From positions 66,190 to 130,189 of the forward strand of contig JAZNPK010000010.1 in the NCBI GenBank assembly GCA_045589595.1: a DNA stretch of 64,000 nt, read 5' to 3'. Made by a program: the position numbers and the translations under genes. The notes beneath the pieces are model-generated. The model ran no database searches and was not told the origin of the DNA. It saw nothing but the letters and a program-made list of their open reading frames with translations. This document shows positions 1 through 9,608 of the stretch, one piece after another; position 1 is the first letter of the stretch, and each line of letters begins with the position of its first letter. This stretch comes from Victivallales bacterium. Lineage in GTDB: Bacteria; Verrucomicrobiota; Lentisphaeria; Victivallales; UBA1829.

Positions 1-93
1 GGTCTGCGTCTCACCCGGCAGCGTAAAGTGATCCACAGAATAAACATAGTCCAGATTCAATGATCCGAAATTCAAAACAACAGGCATCTTCAT
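1..93 (-). CDS. PfkB/ribokinase-family sugar kinase, first 31 codons only (gene runs off the left edge)
   Basis: My own minus-strand translation from the ATG at 93..91 gives MKMPVVLNFGSLNLDYVYSVDHFTLPGETQT. This fits the ribokinase/PfkB N-terminal pattern (GS-x-N-x-D ... P-x-PGET). GGAG lies about 12 nt upstream. It is absent from the ORF track because it is under 60 aa. Confidence 0.5.
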   Translation of the reverse strand, partial: MKMPVVLNFGSLNLDYVYSVDHFTLPGETQT

Positions 94-208
94 AAGTCCG
101 GTAAACTCCAGTTATTGAACAGTTTTCAGTATCACTATACCACACAGCTGTCCGGAAAACAAGACGAACACCGGGAAAAATCACGGAAATCACAGTCAGT
201 CAGTCGAG

Positions 209-350
209 TACACACACGCCGCCGGGCGCGGCTCCGCGCGGCAACGCCGCGCACAATAAAAATGGCACAGCAGAAAATCTGCGTGCCATTTTTGTTGTCC
301 GGCATCCGTGCAGCGGATGCCGGGGAGCCGCGCCCGGCGGCGCGTGTGTA
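209..350. terminator. Branched (four-way-junction) inverted-repeat element containing a bidirectional intrinsic terminator, 14 nt downstream of the rho stop
   Basis: A 27-nt outer stem (209-235 pairs with 324-350, one mismatch) encloses three hairpins. These are 236-252 (GCGCGGC/GCCGCGC), 258-293 (AAAAATGGCAC...GTGCCATTTTT, A-run/T-run flanked) and 299-323 (CCGGCATCCG/CGGATGCCGG). Confidence 0.5.
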
Positions 351-363
351 TAGCTGTAGTGGA

Positions 364-2385
364 TCAGCCCTGAAGGGTCCAGAGGAACTCAGCGTTTGTC
401 TTCATCTTTTTCAATTTGGAGACGATCAGTTCCATAGCCTCGACGGGAGGCACGCCGTTCATCGCTTTTCTCAGGGTCCACATTTTCTGCAGTTCATCGG
501 GATGGAGCAGCAGTTCTTCTTTTCTGGTACCGCTGGCTTCGATATTGATTGCGGGATAGACGCGTTTATCCACGAGTCTGCGATCCAGATGCAGTTCCAT
601 ATTACCGGTACCTTTGAATTCTTCAAAGATGACTTCATCCATTTTGCTGCCGGTATCGATGAGAGCGGTTGCGATGATGGTGAGGCTGCCGTGTCCCTGA
701 ATATTCCGGGCTGCGCCGAAGAAGCGTTTCGGTTTATGGAGAGCGTTTGCGTCCACGCCGCCGGAGAGGATTTTTCCGCTGTGGGGCTGGAGAGTATTGT
801 ACGCGCGTGCGAGGCGTGTAATGGAATCCAGCAGAATGACAACATCTTTTTTGTATTCCACGAGCCGTTTTGCTTTTTCGATGACCATTTCTGCGATCTG
901 GACATGGCGTTCAGGGGGTTCATCGAAGGTGGAGCTGACGACTTCCGCGTTGCTGCTGACGCACCGTTTCATATCGGTGACTTCTTCCGGCCGTTCATCG
1001 ATGAGGAGGATGATCAGGGTCACATCGGGATTATTTTTGATGATGGAATTTGCCACTTTCTGCATGAGGACGGTCTTACCGGTTCTCGGCGGAGCCACGA
1101 TCAGACCGCGTTGTCCCATACCGATCGGGGTCACCAGGTCCACTACGCGTGTGGAAAGTTCTTCCGGATCGTTTTCCAGGATCAGTCTCCGTGTGGGGAA
1201 ATCGGGCGTCAGGTTGGTGAAGGGAATGATATTTTTCTTCTTTTCCACCGGCTCATGGTTGATGGATTCCACCTTGAGCATGGCGAAGAACCGTTCTTTT
1301 TCTCTGGGGGTGCGGATCTGACCTGCAACAAAGTCACCGGTTTTGACAGCGAAACGGCGGATCTGCTGGGGTGACAGATAGATGTCTTCGGAGGAGGGCA
1401 TATAGCTGTATGCGGGAGAGCGGAGGAAACCGTAGCCGTCGGGCAGGATCTCCAGATATCCGCTGCCGTACATGATGCCGTGTTTTTCGGCGTTGGCGCG
1501 GAGCAGTTCAAAAACCAGTTTGGATTTTTCCAGTGCGCCCACGCCTTCGATGCCCATTTCAATGGCGAGCTGCATCAGCTCTTCCATGGTCTTTTCCTGC
1601 AGTTCTGCAATGTTCAGACTGGGCAGATCGGGACGCGGCTGCTGGTCTGCCATGGCGGCTTCGCCGTTCTGCGGCAGCATACCGCCGTTCTGCTGTTCCA
1701 TGCGCTGATGACGGCGGAATTCGGCATAGACCTGTTCTTCGTAGGAACGCTGATTGTTCTGGTTATTGTTCCACTTGTTGTTATTGCGCTGATTATTGTT
1801 GCGCTGGTTGTTCTGCTGATTATTGCGCTGATTGTTGTTGCGCTGGTTGTTCTGCTGATTGTTACGCTGATTATTGTGATTATTCTGCTGATTATTGCGC
1901 CGCTGCTGCTGCTGAAATTCCGGAGAATTGTAAGCGCGGATCTCGGCGGCTTCCTGTTCTTCTTCGGAAAGGACCGGCGGCGGAGCGGTGATCGCCTGTT
2001 CCGGTTCCGGGGGCGGAACATAAGTATCTTTTTCGCCGTCATCCGGCAGTCCGGCAGGTGTTTGACGGATGGACGGTTCCTCCGCGGCAACAACGATCTT
2101 ATCCGGGCGGATGACTTCTTCGATTTCCTGCGGTGCGTCCTGATTGTACCGGCTGTTCAGAGTCATGGTGCGGACTTCTTTCACACCTTCATTGTCAGCG
2201 GGGGCAGGGGCGGGCTGTTCAACGGGAGCGGGAGCCGGAGCTGGTTGTTCTGCAGGGACAGCGTTTTCAGCGGCTTTTACCTCTTCCGCGGGGCGGGTTT
2301 TCGGGGGGCGGCCCCGTCTTTTCGGTGCGGGGGGCGGTGTTTCCTGATTATTTTCCTGGGGGGGGATCAGTTCATTGCTGTCCAT
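364..2385 (-). CDS. rho: Transcription termination factor Rho with a ~270-aa N-terminal extension
   Basis: Walker A motif APPRTGKT. Canonical Rho N-terminal domain ([14 protein letters not shown]..., GYGFLRSP) and C-terminal ATPase region. I moved the start to the ATG at 2385 (MDSNE...) because AGGAG lies 7 nt upstream. The ORF-track start at 2424 cannot be excluded. Confidence 0.95.
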   Translation of the reverse strand: MDSNELIPPQENNQETPPPAPKRRGRPPKTRPAEEVKAAENAVPAEQPAPAPAPVEQPAPAPADNEGVKEVRTMTLNSRYNQDAPQEIEEVIRPDKIVVAAEEPSIRQTPAGLPDDGEKDTYVPPPEPEQAITAPPPVLSEEEQEAAEIRAYNSPEFQQQQRRNNQQNNHNNQRNNQQNNQRNNNQRNNQQNNQRNNNQRNNNKWNNNQNNQRSYEEQVYAEFRRHQRMEQQNGGMLPQNGEAAMADQQPRPDLPSLNIAELQEKTMEELMQLAIEMGIEGVGALEKSKLVFELLRANAEKHGIMYGSGYLEILPDGYGFLRSPAYSYMPSSEDIYLSPQQIRRFAVKTGDFVAGQIRTPREKERFFAMLKVESINHEPVEKKKNIIPFTNLTPDFPTRRLILENDPEELSTRVVDLVTPIGMGQRGLIVAPPRTGKTVLMQKVANSIIKNNPDVTLIILLIDERPEEVTDMKRCVSSNAEVVSSTFDEPPERHVQIAEMVIEKAKRLVEYKKDVVILLDSITRLARAYNTLQPHSGKILSGGVDANALHKPKRFFGAARNIQGHGSLTIIATALIDTGSKMDEVIFEEFKGTGNMELHLDRRLVDKRVYPAINIEASGTRKEELLLHPDELQKMWTLRKAMNGVPPVEAMELIVSKLKKMKTNAEFLWTLQG
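1791..1868. repeat. Two tandem 39-nt units inside the rho N/Q-rich tract
   Basis: 1791-1829 and 1830-1868 differ at 3 positions. Each encodes one [13 protein letters not shown]-type 13-aa unit on the minus strand. Confidence 0.8.
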
Positions 2386-2426
2386 ACACATCTCCTGTTT
2401 GCGATTGTTCGCACGATATTTCAACT

Positions 2427-3053
2427 TTAATTAGTTTCGTCTTCATTGAGGTTGAGATCTTTCCGGATCTGCAGCCATACGCGGCGGCATTGTTCTGCGA
2501 GAAACGCTTTATCGCCGCTGTTGATGATGCCGTAATCGGCGCGTTCCAGTTTTTCCTGTGCATCCATTTGTGCGGCACAGCGGCGCCGGATCTCCGTTTC
2601 GTCCCATCCTCTGTTCTGTTTCAATCTTTCATCCCGTATTTCCGGCGGGGTCCAAATTGCGATCACTTTATCAGCCAATGCGTCCCAACCGGCTTCGTAA
2701 AGCAGCGGAACGTCAAGCAGAACCACTTTTTCACCGTCAGCGCGGAACTGTTCCAGACGCCGTTCCGTTTCTTCTCTTGCCAACGGCTGGATCATATTGC
2801 CGAGTGCTTCCAGTTCCTTCTGATCCCGGAACACGATATCCGCAATGATTTTTCTGTCCGGCGAACCGTCCGCGGATAAAATATTTCTGCCCCATCTGGC
2901 GACCATCATGTTCAACAGACGCGAATCGGCGCTGCTGTAAAGCTCATGACACAGGGTATCGGCATTGATACAAGGCATACCTTCGTTCTGAAACAGTTCA
3001 GAGGCAGTTGTCTTTCCGCAACCGATACCGCCGGTGAGTGCGATCACTTTCAT
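2427..3053 (-). CDS. coaE: Dephospho-CoA kinase
   Basis: [17 protein letters not shown]-loop at the N-terminus, and the size is typical of CoaE. I set the start at the ATG at 3053, with GGAG 6 nt upstream. The longer ORF-track start adds a non-homologous 29 aa. Confidence 0.88.
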   Translation of the reverse strand: MKVIALTGGIGCGKTTASELFQNEGMPCINADTLCHELYSSADSRLLNMMVARWGRNILSADGSPDRKIIADIVFRDQKELEALGNMIQPLAREETERRLEQFRADGEKVVLLDVPLLYEAGWDALADKVIAIWTPPEIRDERLKQNRGWDETEIRRRCAAQMDAQEKLERADYGIINSGDKAFLAEQCRRVWLQIRKDLNLNEDETN

Positions 3054-3296
3054 CTGGATCTCCGGAGGTGGTTGATGTTCTGCTGTATGATTGCAGTTTT
3101 CAATGAATGACCGGAATATACGCACAGACAAGCGGAACATGTCGGGGGTGACTGAAAAAATGTTCCGCGTGTGAAAAAATTTTCAAAAAAGTGAAAAAAA
3201 CAGCGGAAAACCGATCAATCCATGCTATATTATACCACAAAATCTGAATTTTTCAAGCGAAAAGACAAAAAATTTTGATTTCATCAGAGGTCAGAT

Positions 3297-3848
3297 ATGA
3301 AAAGAATATCAAAAACAACGATCGCTGCAGGTAAATGGCTCGCCTTGTCCCGGATCACTTATCTTGCTCACGATGGTGTGGAACGGACTTGGGAAACCGT
3401 TTCCCGGAACAACAGTAACGGCGCCATCGGGATCCTCGCCACGATGAAAGATACCGGTGAGATCATCCTTGTCCGTCAGTACCGTCCGCCGGTGGATTGT
3501 TTTGTGATCGAATTTCCAGCCGGACTCATTGATGACGGGGAAAGTCCCGCCGAAGCCGCCCTGCGTGAACTGCGTGAGGAAACCGGATATATCGGCACGG
3601 TTTCCGATATTTCCTCCAAAGGGTATTCCTCCCCCGGACTGACCAATGAATACATCATCCTCGCGAAAGTGGAAGTCGATCCCGCCAACCGGACCGATAC
3701 GGATTTTGATGAAACGGAATCCATTGAAACATTTCTGGTCAAACCTGCTGAATTGAATGCCTTTCTCGAAAATGCCCGGAACAATGGCGATGTGATCGAT
3801 GCCAAAGTTATGGCGTATGCGTTTGCGCTTTCCACCGTACAACCGTAA
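3297..3848 (+). CDS. Nudix hydrolase (ADP-ribose pyrophosphatase-like)
   Basis: Exact Nudix box G-x5-E-x7-REUxEExGU: GLIDDGESPAEAALRELREETGY. Confidence 0.85.
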   Translation: MKRISKTTIAAGKWLALSRITYLAHDGVERTWETVSRNNSNGAIGILATMKDTGEIILVRQYRPPVDCFVIEFPAGLIDDGESPAEAALRELREETGYIGTVSDISSKGYSSPGLTNEYIILAKVEVDPANRTDTDFDETESIETFLVKPAELNAFLENARNNGDVIDAKVMAYAFALSTVQP

Positions 3849-3863
3849 AAAGGAGATCTTACC

Positions 3864-5093
3864 ATGACATTGAGAGATGCCCTGAAAGAAATCTGTATTT
3901 CCTCCAGCTGCTCGGATGCAGATTTTGAAACCGAATTCAATCCCGAAATGCTGGATGCCGAATTCATTGAACAGGAAGATGATCTGCAGCTTGATGATGA
4001 AAGCACCCTTGAAAATATCCGTTACTGTTCCCTGCCGGCGGAACTGGAATCAGAGATCCTTGACGCAGTCAGGATCGTCCGGGAAAATCCCGCAATGCGC
4101 GTGATCGGTCTTTCCATTTACCGCAGCGTTTTTCTCTGTCAGAACGCGGAACCCTGGGCGTGGCGTCCCCTTGCCAATGTGATGCATGGCAAAGCCGGTT
4201 TGTTTTATCTGGCTGTCGCTGCCGGTTTTGTGCCCCGCATGAAAAAACTCCATGCCCGCCTCGGCATTGCGGAAGAGATCACAAAAAATACCTGCTATCA
4301 GGTTTGCGCATACTGTCACAATCATTTCGCCGGAACCGGATACTACGGCATCTACCCCAGACAACTTTCCTGGCTCCACAACTATCTGGATCCGGATCAC
4401 TTCATCGTGCGGCTGGGCAGATTCGAGTTCCGCCTGATGGAACATTATTACGATGGTCATGTTTACCGCCACAGGAAAACCGGCGAACTGGTCATCTTTG
4501 CCATTACCGGACTCGCTTTCGATATCAATGGTTTCGCGGTGGAAAGTACGCCCGACTCCCCGGAACGCGCCTTTGAATCCATTTACAGAGAGGAAAACGG
4601 CTTCGCCACCGGAAATACGGTCGATCCCTACGGCAGAACCGCTGCGGAACCCACAACGATCGACCTCGCGGAATACGACCTCGTCCTGAAAAAGGGGATG
4701 CCCATCCTTGATATGCACATCCCGTCCGGCGGCGGAATGACGCCCGCTGAAACCGAAAATTCCTTCCGGATGGCGAAAGAATTTTATTTCGCACACTTTG
4801 ATGAGGCACACCGCCCTGTTGCCGTGGTTTGTTCCTCCTGGATCTTCAATCCCAATCTGCCGGAGATCCTTGATCCGGAATCCAATCTGGTGCGTCTGCT
4901 CAAACGGGTGCATCCGGTTCCGAGAAGCAGCAAACCTACCGACGGACTCTGGTTCATCTTCCGTCATGAAGGCGCATTTGAACTGCTGAAAGCGCCCCGT
5001 AAAACAAGTCTGCAGCGCGCTGTGACAAAGTTTATCGAAAACGGCGGCAGGTGGCGTACCGGCGGTATGATCCTGATGATGGATGAAATTTGA
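3864..5093 (+). CDS. Conserved hypothetical protein (possibly an NAT_N/GNAT_C-type acyltransferase-like family; weak recollection)
   Basis: 409-aa ORF, close-packed after the Nudix gene. The motif LDMHIPSGG...VVCSSWIFNPNL resembles that family, but I cannot verify the assignment. Confidence 0.55.
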   Translation: MTLRDALKEICISSSCSDADFETEFNPEMLDAEFIEQEDDLQLDDESTLENIRYCSLPAELESEILDAVRIVRENPAMRVIGLSIYRSVFLCQNAEPWAWRPLANVMHGKAGLFYLAVAAGFVPRMKKLHARLGIAEEITKNTCYQVCAYCHNHFAGTGYYGIYPRQLSWLHNYLDPDHFIVRLGRFEFRLMEHYYDGHVYRHRKTGELVIFAITGLAFDINGFAVESTPDSPERAFESIYREENGFATGNTVDPYGRTAAEPTTIDLAEYDLVLKKGMPILDMHIPSGGGMTPAETENSFRMAKEFYFAHFDEAHRPVAVVCSSWIFNPNLPEILDPESNLVRLLKRVHPVPRSSKPTDGLWFIFRHEGAFELLKAPRKTSLQRAVTKFIENGGRWRTGGMILMMDEI

Positions 5094-5103
5094 TCCACAC
5101 CCC

Positions 5104-5132
5104 TTGATTTTTTGTCGATCCGGGTGTATAGT
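5104..5132 (+). promoter_or_regulatory. Sigma70-type promoter candidate for the kinase/regulator operon
   Basis: TTGATT (5104-5109), 17-nt spacer, TATAGT (5127-5132), about 57 nt upstream of the ATG at 5189. Confidence 0.35.
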
Positions 5133-5188
5133 GTAGCGAAACTGGGTAATTTTGTCTCACAAAAACAGCAGAAAGGAGTTGTGCCGTT

Positions 5189-6370
5189 ATGTCGTCCGGA
5201 AAACGCATTCAGCGCATTATGCCGAAGCTGAAAACTCTGGACCCCGGAAGTATGCACTCCTTTGTGCAGCATCTCGCGCGGGAACAGGGATTCCTTGATA
5301 CCGTGTTCAACACCATCCGCGAGGCTGTGATCGTGGTGGACAGCGCACGGAAGATCCTGTATCACAATGCCGCCGCCAAAGCCATGCTGGGGATCCCCGA
5401 TGATCTGGCTCATCTCACCATCGATAAACTGCTCAAAGGTGCAAACTGGGACGCCATCCTGCCGGACAGCGGCGATTCTCCGGCAAAACTCCTGCGGCAG
5501 GAACTTGAGATCTCTTATCCCCAACGGCGCATCGTTCAGGTCTATGCGCTGCCGCTGGGCGATTCCGAAGATCAGTTCGCCGTGTTCCTCAACGACATCA
5601 CCGATACCATGGACAAGGCGCACAGTGACGCAGAATCCGAGCGGAGCCGCCTCGTTTCCATGCTTGCTGCCGGAGTCGCGCACGAGATCGGCAATCCCCT
5701 GAACAGCCTTTATCTGCATCTGCAGTATCTTCAGCGCGTGGTTGACAGGGCAGAGAACAGCGGCGATCTGGATAAGGCGGGGCTGCTGGAGGAATTGGAC
5801 GAATCCCGGAAAGAAGTGGAGCGTCTGGATGTGATCATCAATCAGTTCCTTCACGCATTGCGACCGGGCAAACCGGATTTTCAACCCATTGATCTCAAAA
5901 CACTTGTGCTGGAATCTCTCAATTTTATGCGCCACGAGATCACGGCAAAAAAAGTCAATGTGGAATTTCTCTGGAACGATGATGTCCCGCTGGTGGATGG
6001 CGATGCCGGACAACTCAAACAGGCATTTTACAACCTTGTCCGGAACGCACTCCAGAGTATGACCTCCGGCGGCTCCCTCGGGATCCGCTGTTATGCAAAT
6101 GACGAATTCATCTCCCTTTCCGTGTCCGATACAGGAAAAGGGATCTGTCAGGAAAATCTCGCTCATATTTTTGAAGCCTATTTCACGACACGCCGCACCG
6201 GTACGGGGCTGGGATTGATGATCGTGGAACGGATCGTGCGGGAACACGGCGGCAGTTTGTCCGTCGGCGGCAGAGAAGGGGAGGGCGCAGTCTTTACCAT
6301 CAGCCTGCCGCGCCGGGGCAGATGCGTCCGCGTACTGCCGCCCCCTGAAACAAAAGGAGATGCCCAATGA
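5189..6370 (+). CDS. Soluble PAS-domain sensor histidine kinase (NtrB/AtoS-like)
   Basis: H-box AAGVAHEIGNPLNSL, N-box NLVRNALQ, G-boxes DTGKGI and GTGLGL. No transmembrane segment is evident. The stop overlaps the regulator start (ATGA). Confidence 0.9.
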   Translation: MSSGKRIQRIMPKLKTLDPGSMHSFVQHLAREQGFLDTVFNTIREAVIVVDSARKILYHNAAAKAMLGIPDDLAHLTIDKLLKGANWDAILPDSGDSPAKLLRQELEISYPQRRIVQVYALPLGDSEDQFAVFLNDITDTMDKAHSDAESERSRLVSMLAAGVAHEIGNPLNSLYLHLQYLQRVVDRAENSGDLDKAGLLEELDESRKEVERLDVIINQFLHALRPGKPDFQPIDLKTLVLESLNFMRHEITAKKVNVEFLWNDDVPLVDGDAGQLKQAFYNLVRNALQSMTSGGSLGIRCYANDEFISLSVSDTGKGICQENLAHIFEAYFTTRRTGTGLGLMIVERIVREHGGSLSVGGREGEGAVFTISLPRRGRCVRVLPPPETKGDAQ

Positions 6371-7734
6371 CAAAAAAAGATGTCCGCCCCACCGTTCTGC
6401 TGGTGGATGATGAACGGGGTACACGGGATGCCCTTTCCAAAATCATGATGCTGGATTATAAAGTCACCACCGCCGAAGACGGGGAAGTGGGGCTGAATCT
6501 GTTGGAACGCAACGACTACGATCTGGTGCTGACCGATATCCGTATGCCCGGCGCCGACGGTTTCGCCATTCTGGAAAAAGTCCTCTCAAAACCCAATCCG
6601 CCCCCCTGCATCATGCTGACCGCTTACGGGTCCATTGAATCCGCTGTCGATGCCATGCGGAAAGGCGCATTCGATTTTGTGACAAAGCCTGTCCGGTTCG
6701 ACCGTCTTGAGCTGATCATGAAAAAAGCCATTGAATCCAAACGCATTATCGAAGAAAATATTGAACTCAAAAAGCGGCTGGATCACAAGTTCGGTCTCCC
6801 TTCCATCATCGGCACATCCGCCGGGATCAAACGGGTGATCGAAACCGTGCAGCAGGTCGCACCCACCCGGGCAACCGTTCTCATCGAAGGGGAAAGCGGT
6901 ACCGGAAAAGAACTGATCGCTCAGGCGTTGCATCAACTCAGCGGACGGACCGGAAAATTTGTGCCTGTTCATTGCGCCGCATTGCCCGAAACATTGCTGG
7001 AAAGCGAACTTTTCGGACACGAGCGGGGCGCATTTACCGGAGCCGCTGAAGCCAGACCCGGCAGATTTGAAATGGCGGACGGCGGTACTTTGTTCCTGGA
7101 CGAGATCGGCGAGATCCCGCTCTCCATTCAGATCAAATTGCTCCGGGTGCTGGAAACCCGCTCCTTTGAACGGCTCGGCGGTACGGAAACGATCAAAGCC
7201 GATGTGCGGATCGTTGCCGCCACCAATAAAAATCTGGAACAGATGGTCGCAGCCGGGACCTTCCGGGAAGATCTCTTCTACCGGTTGAATGTCGTTTCCA
7301 TCGATCTGCCGCCTCTGCGCGAACGGAAAGATGATATCCCCCCGCTGGTTCATCACTATATCAATCTCTTCGCCGGGGAAAACGGAAAAGAAAATATGAC
7401 CATAGATGAGGCTGCCATGACCGCGCTCACGGCGTATGCGTGGCACGGAAATATCCGGGAATTGCGGAATTGTGTGGAGCGGATGGTCGTTCTCTGCCGC
7501 GGGCATGAACTCACCATCGACAATGTCCCTGCCAATATCCGGGAAAATGTTTCGCCCGGCATCACGAAAACCCTGCTCGTTCCCGCCGATGGATGCGATC
7601 TGGAAAAAAATGAAAAACTTCTCATCGAACGGGCATTGAACGAATGTGGCGGCAACCGCAGTCAGGCTGCCGTGAAACTCGGGATCAGCCGCCGCACCCT
7701 TCATCGCAAACTCAATCTCTACAACATAGAATAA
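6367..7734 (+). CDS. Sigma54-dependent response regulator (NtrC family)
   Basis: Receiver domain ([11 protein letters not shown]). AAA+ domain with GESGTGKE and the GAFTGA loop ([15 protein letters not shown]). C-terminal Fis-type HTH ([17 protein letters not shown]). Confidence 0.93.
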   Translation: MTKKDVRPTVLLVDDERGTRDALSKIMMLDYKVTTAEDGEVGLNLLERNDYDLVLTDIRMPGADGFAILEKVLSKPNPPPCIMLTAYGSIESAVDAMRKGAFDFVTKPVRFDRLELIMKKAIESKRIIEENIELKKRLDHKFGLPSIIGTSAGIKRVIETVQQVAPTRATVLIEGESGTGKELIAQALHQLSGRTGKFVPVHCAALPETLLESELFGHERGAFTGAAEARPGRFEMADGGTLFLDEIGEIPLSIQIKLLRVLETRSFERLGGTETIKADVRIVAATNKNLEQMVAAGTFREDLFYRLNVVSIDLPPLRERKDDIPPLVHHYINLFAGENGKENMTIDEAAMTALTAYAWHGNIRELRNCVERMVVLCRGHELTIDNVPANIRENVSPGITKTLLVPADGCDLEKNEKLLIERALNECGGNRSQAAVKLGISRRTLHRKLNLYNIE

Positions 7735-7747
7735 AGGAACAGACAAC

Positions 7748-8233
7748 ATGAAAAACTGTATCTTCTGCCGCATTATCGCCGGTGAGATTCCCAGCCTCAA
7801 AATCTATGAAGACGATCTCGTCCTCGCATTTATGGACATCGCTCCCATCAACTTCGGTCATGTTCTGGTGATCCCCAAAGAACACCACACCAGCGTCGCA
7901 ACCATCCCCGAAAATACTGCCGGACGCATGTTCCTTGTCGGTTCCCGTGCAGGTGTCGCCATGCGCCGCGGTCTGGGCGCGGACGGATTCAATCTCCATC
8001 TTTCCGACGGGACCGTTGCGGGGCAGGTCGTTATGCACGCTCATCTCCACATCGTCCCCAGATGGACCGATGACGGGTTCCACTGGAATTGGCGTCAGCT
8101 TCAGTATGAATCCGATGAAAAACGCGCGGAGATCCAGAACCTGATCAAGGCAAAGTTCCAGCTTGTGCGCGATGATGCCGAGCTGAAACTGAATGAAGAA
8201 GAAGCCGCCGTTCAGGGCGAACGCCACGACTGA
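7748..8233 (+). CDS. HIT-family (histidine triad) nucleotide hydrolase
   Basis: CIFCRI zinc-finger-like N-terminus and the histidine triad HAHLHIVPR. Confidence 0.9.
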   Translation: MKNCIFCRIIAGEIPSLKIYEDDLVLAFMDIAPINFGHVLVIPKEHHTSVATIPENTAGRMFLVGSRAGVAMRRGLGADGFNLHLSDGTVAGQVVMHAHLHIVPRWTDDGFHWNWRQLQYESDEKRAEIQNLIKAKFQLVRDDAELKLNEEEAAVQGERHD

Positions 8234-8382
8234 TCCCCGGATACCCCCTGCTTTTCGTCGGTCCCCCCTTACCCCCGATCATGAGCCCGCCGAAAAGCAG
8301 AAGATCCGGAACACGGAACACAGTTCCGCGTCCAGTATAGCGCGTCGCGTCAAAGAAAAATTGCCGGAAACGGACAGAAAAA

Positions 8383-8416
8383 TGCCACCGATGGATCACC
8401 GGTGGCTGTGATTTTT
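8383..8416. terminator. Bidirectional intrinsic terminator candidate
   Basis: Hairpin GCCACCG (8383-8389) / CGGTGGC (8399-8405). It is followed by TGTGATTTTTT on the plus strand and by ATTTTT on the minus strand. Confidence 0.45.
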
Positions 8417-8434
8417 TGCGGGGTTATTGTGCGG

Positions 8435-8695
8435 TCAAGCGGGCGTTCCGTTGAAGCCGTTGCCTTTGTTCTTGAGGTCGTCATTCAGCAGATCAACAGA
8501 CCCGGTGCTGTCCGGCAGAAATTCCGTCAATGCATCGCCGGTCTTGTCGGCAAGGGGAGTCACTTTGATGGACGCCTTTTTCGCCTTGGATTTGTTCCCG
8601 GCGGCGTCAACGGCGTACGCGCTGAACTGCAATTTTCCACCAAGGTCCTTGCGTTGTACATTGAATTGTATCGTAAAGCCGCGAACCTGGGACAT
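8435..8695 (-). CDS. Small ORF with an Ig-like-domain flavour (possible gene fragment)
   Basis: From the ATG at 8695: MSQVRGFTIQFNVQRKDLGGKLQFSAYAVDAAGNKSKAKKASIKVTP... The AVDAAGN-type strand pattern recalls bacterial Ig-like domains. No signal peptide and no clear RBS. The upstream part of the ORF-track ORF overlaps the SGNH gene and I discarded it. Confidence 0.3.
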   Translation of the reverse strand: MSQVRGFTIQFNVQRKDLGGKLQFSAYAVDAAGNKSKAKKASIKVTPLADKTGDALTEFLPDSTGSVDLLNDDLKNKGNGFNGTPA

Positions 8696-8765
8696 GAAAA
8701 TACAAAAAATCCTGTTCGCGGTTTGCTGCCGGGAACAGGATCGTTTTATCCGTCGGGGAGGGGGA

Positions 8766-9608
8766 TTATTTTTCGAGGGCATCCACCACACATTGCTGGA
8801 TGAATTTACCGACGGAGTATTCCTTCCGCCGTTCGACCTCTTTCTGTGCCGCTTCCAGTGTGGGGATGTTGAATAAGACCCGGTATTCTCTTGCAGGCAT
8901 GTAATACCAGACCTTCTTTTCGATCCCGTCGATCTGTTCCGCCGTGGCGCCGAACGCATTGAGAATACTGCGTGCGATCAGTTTATCGCCGGAAAATGCC
9001 GTATTGCGTCCGTTGTCCTGCATCAGTTTGTTTTTATAATCCCGGGGATTTTTGACGTTCTGATACGAGTTCGTGATGAACGCCATCATCTCCACATTGA
9101 CATCAGCAAGCCGGTATCCGCGTTCTTTGGCAAAGGAACGGAGCCATGCACTGTATTCCGCCAGACGCTTGTTGCTTTTGTATTTGGGATCTTCCGTAAT
9201 GATGCCCGGGGTGAGGACCATGATCTTGATCCCCGCTTTTTCCACTTTGAGCAGCAGATCCGCCATTTCTTTTTTATACTGTTCCAGCGGTGTATCCTTG
9301 CGCCAGATGGCATACCAGATATCGTTGACGCCGCAGCTGAGAAGCATCCAGTCCGGCTTTTTGGAGATGACATCTTTTTCCACACGGGCGTTCATCAGCG
9401 GGGCAGTCTGTCCGTTTCTCCCGGCATGGATCACTTTGATATCCACACCAATGGATTTCAGACCTTCTTTTATCAGGGGGATGTAGTTGCCGACATTGTC
9501 GTTAAAAAATGCGACGCTTTCGCCGTTTTTGATCGCAAGCCCTTCCGCCGCCGAGAGATGCAGAGCCGCAGCTGAAAACAAAGTAAAAAGGATGGTTTTG
9601 ATTTTCAT
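8766..9608 (-). CDS. Secreted SGNH/GDSL-fold protein, paralogue 1, with catalytic Ser and His apparently replaced
   Basis: Signal peptide MKIKTILFTLFSAAALHLSAAEG (start at the ATG at 9608). It aligns along its length with paralogues 2 and 3. Block I reads FFNDNV instead of GDS, and block V reads DNGR instead of DGxH. Block III GVND is kept. Confidence 0.85.
   Translation of the reverse strand: MKIKTILFTLFSAAALHLSAAEGLAIKNGESVAFFNDNVGNYIPLIKEGLKSIGVDIKVIHAGRNGQTAPLMNARVEKDVISKKPDWMLLSCGVNDIWYAIWRKDTPLEQYKKEMADLLLKVEKAGIKIMVLTPGIITEDPKYKSNKRLAEYSAWLRSFAKERGYRLADVNVEMMAFITNSYQNVKNPRDYKNKLMQDNGRNTAFSGDKLIARSILNAFGATAEQIDGIEKKVWYYMPAREYRVLFNIPTLEAAQKEVERRKEYSVGKFIQQCVVDALEK

Noticed and set aside
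115-2430. Long plus-strand ORFs (115-1374, 797-1321, 1480-2430, 1533-1991) opposite rho
   Set aside because: They are antisense to a gene with unmistakable Rho motifs. Their translations are low-complexity mirror images (for example V/I/L runs opposite the N/Q tract). No RBS or known motif is present.
4964-7800. 486-aa and 404-aa minus-strand ORFs opposite the histidine kinase and NtrC-type regulator; similar cases at 11527-12720, 18045-19424, 56399-57658 and 15470-16777
   Set aside because: All are antisense to genes with clear family motifs, and their own translations are motif-free.
8234-8382. GC-rich interrupted inverted repeats after the HIT gene (CCGGAT...CTGCTTTTCG / CGAAAAGCAG...ATCCGG; CGGAAC-ACA-GTTCCG)
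   Set aside because: The stems are real but short and interrupted. There is no T-run and no similarity to the other structured elements. I judged them ordinary GC-rich intergenic hairpins.
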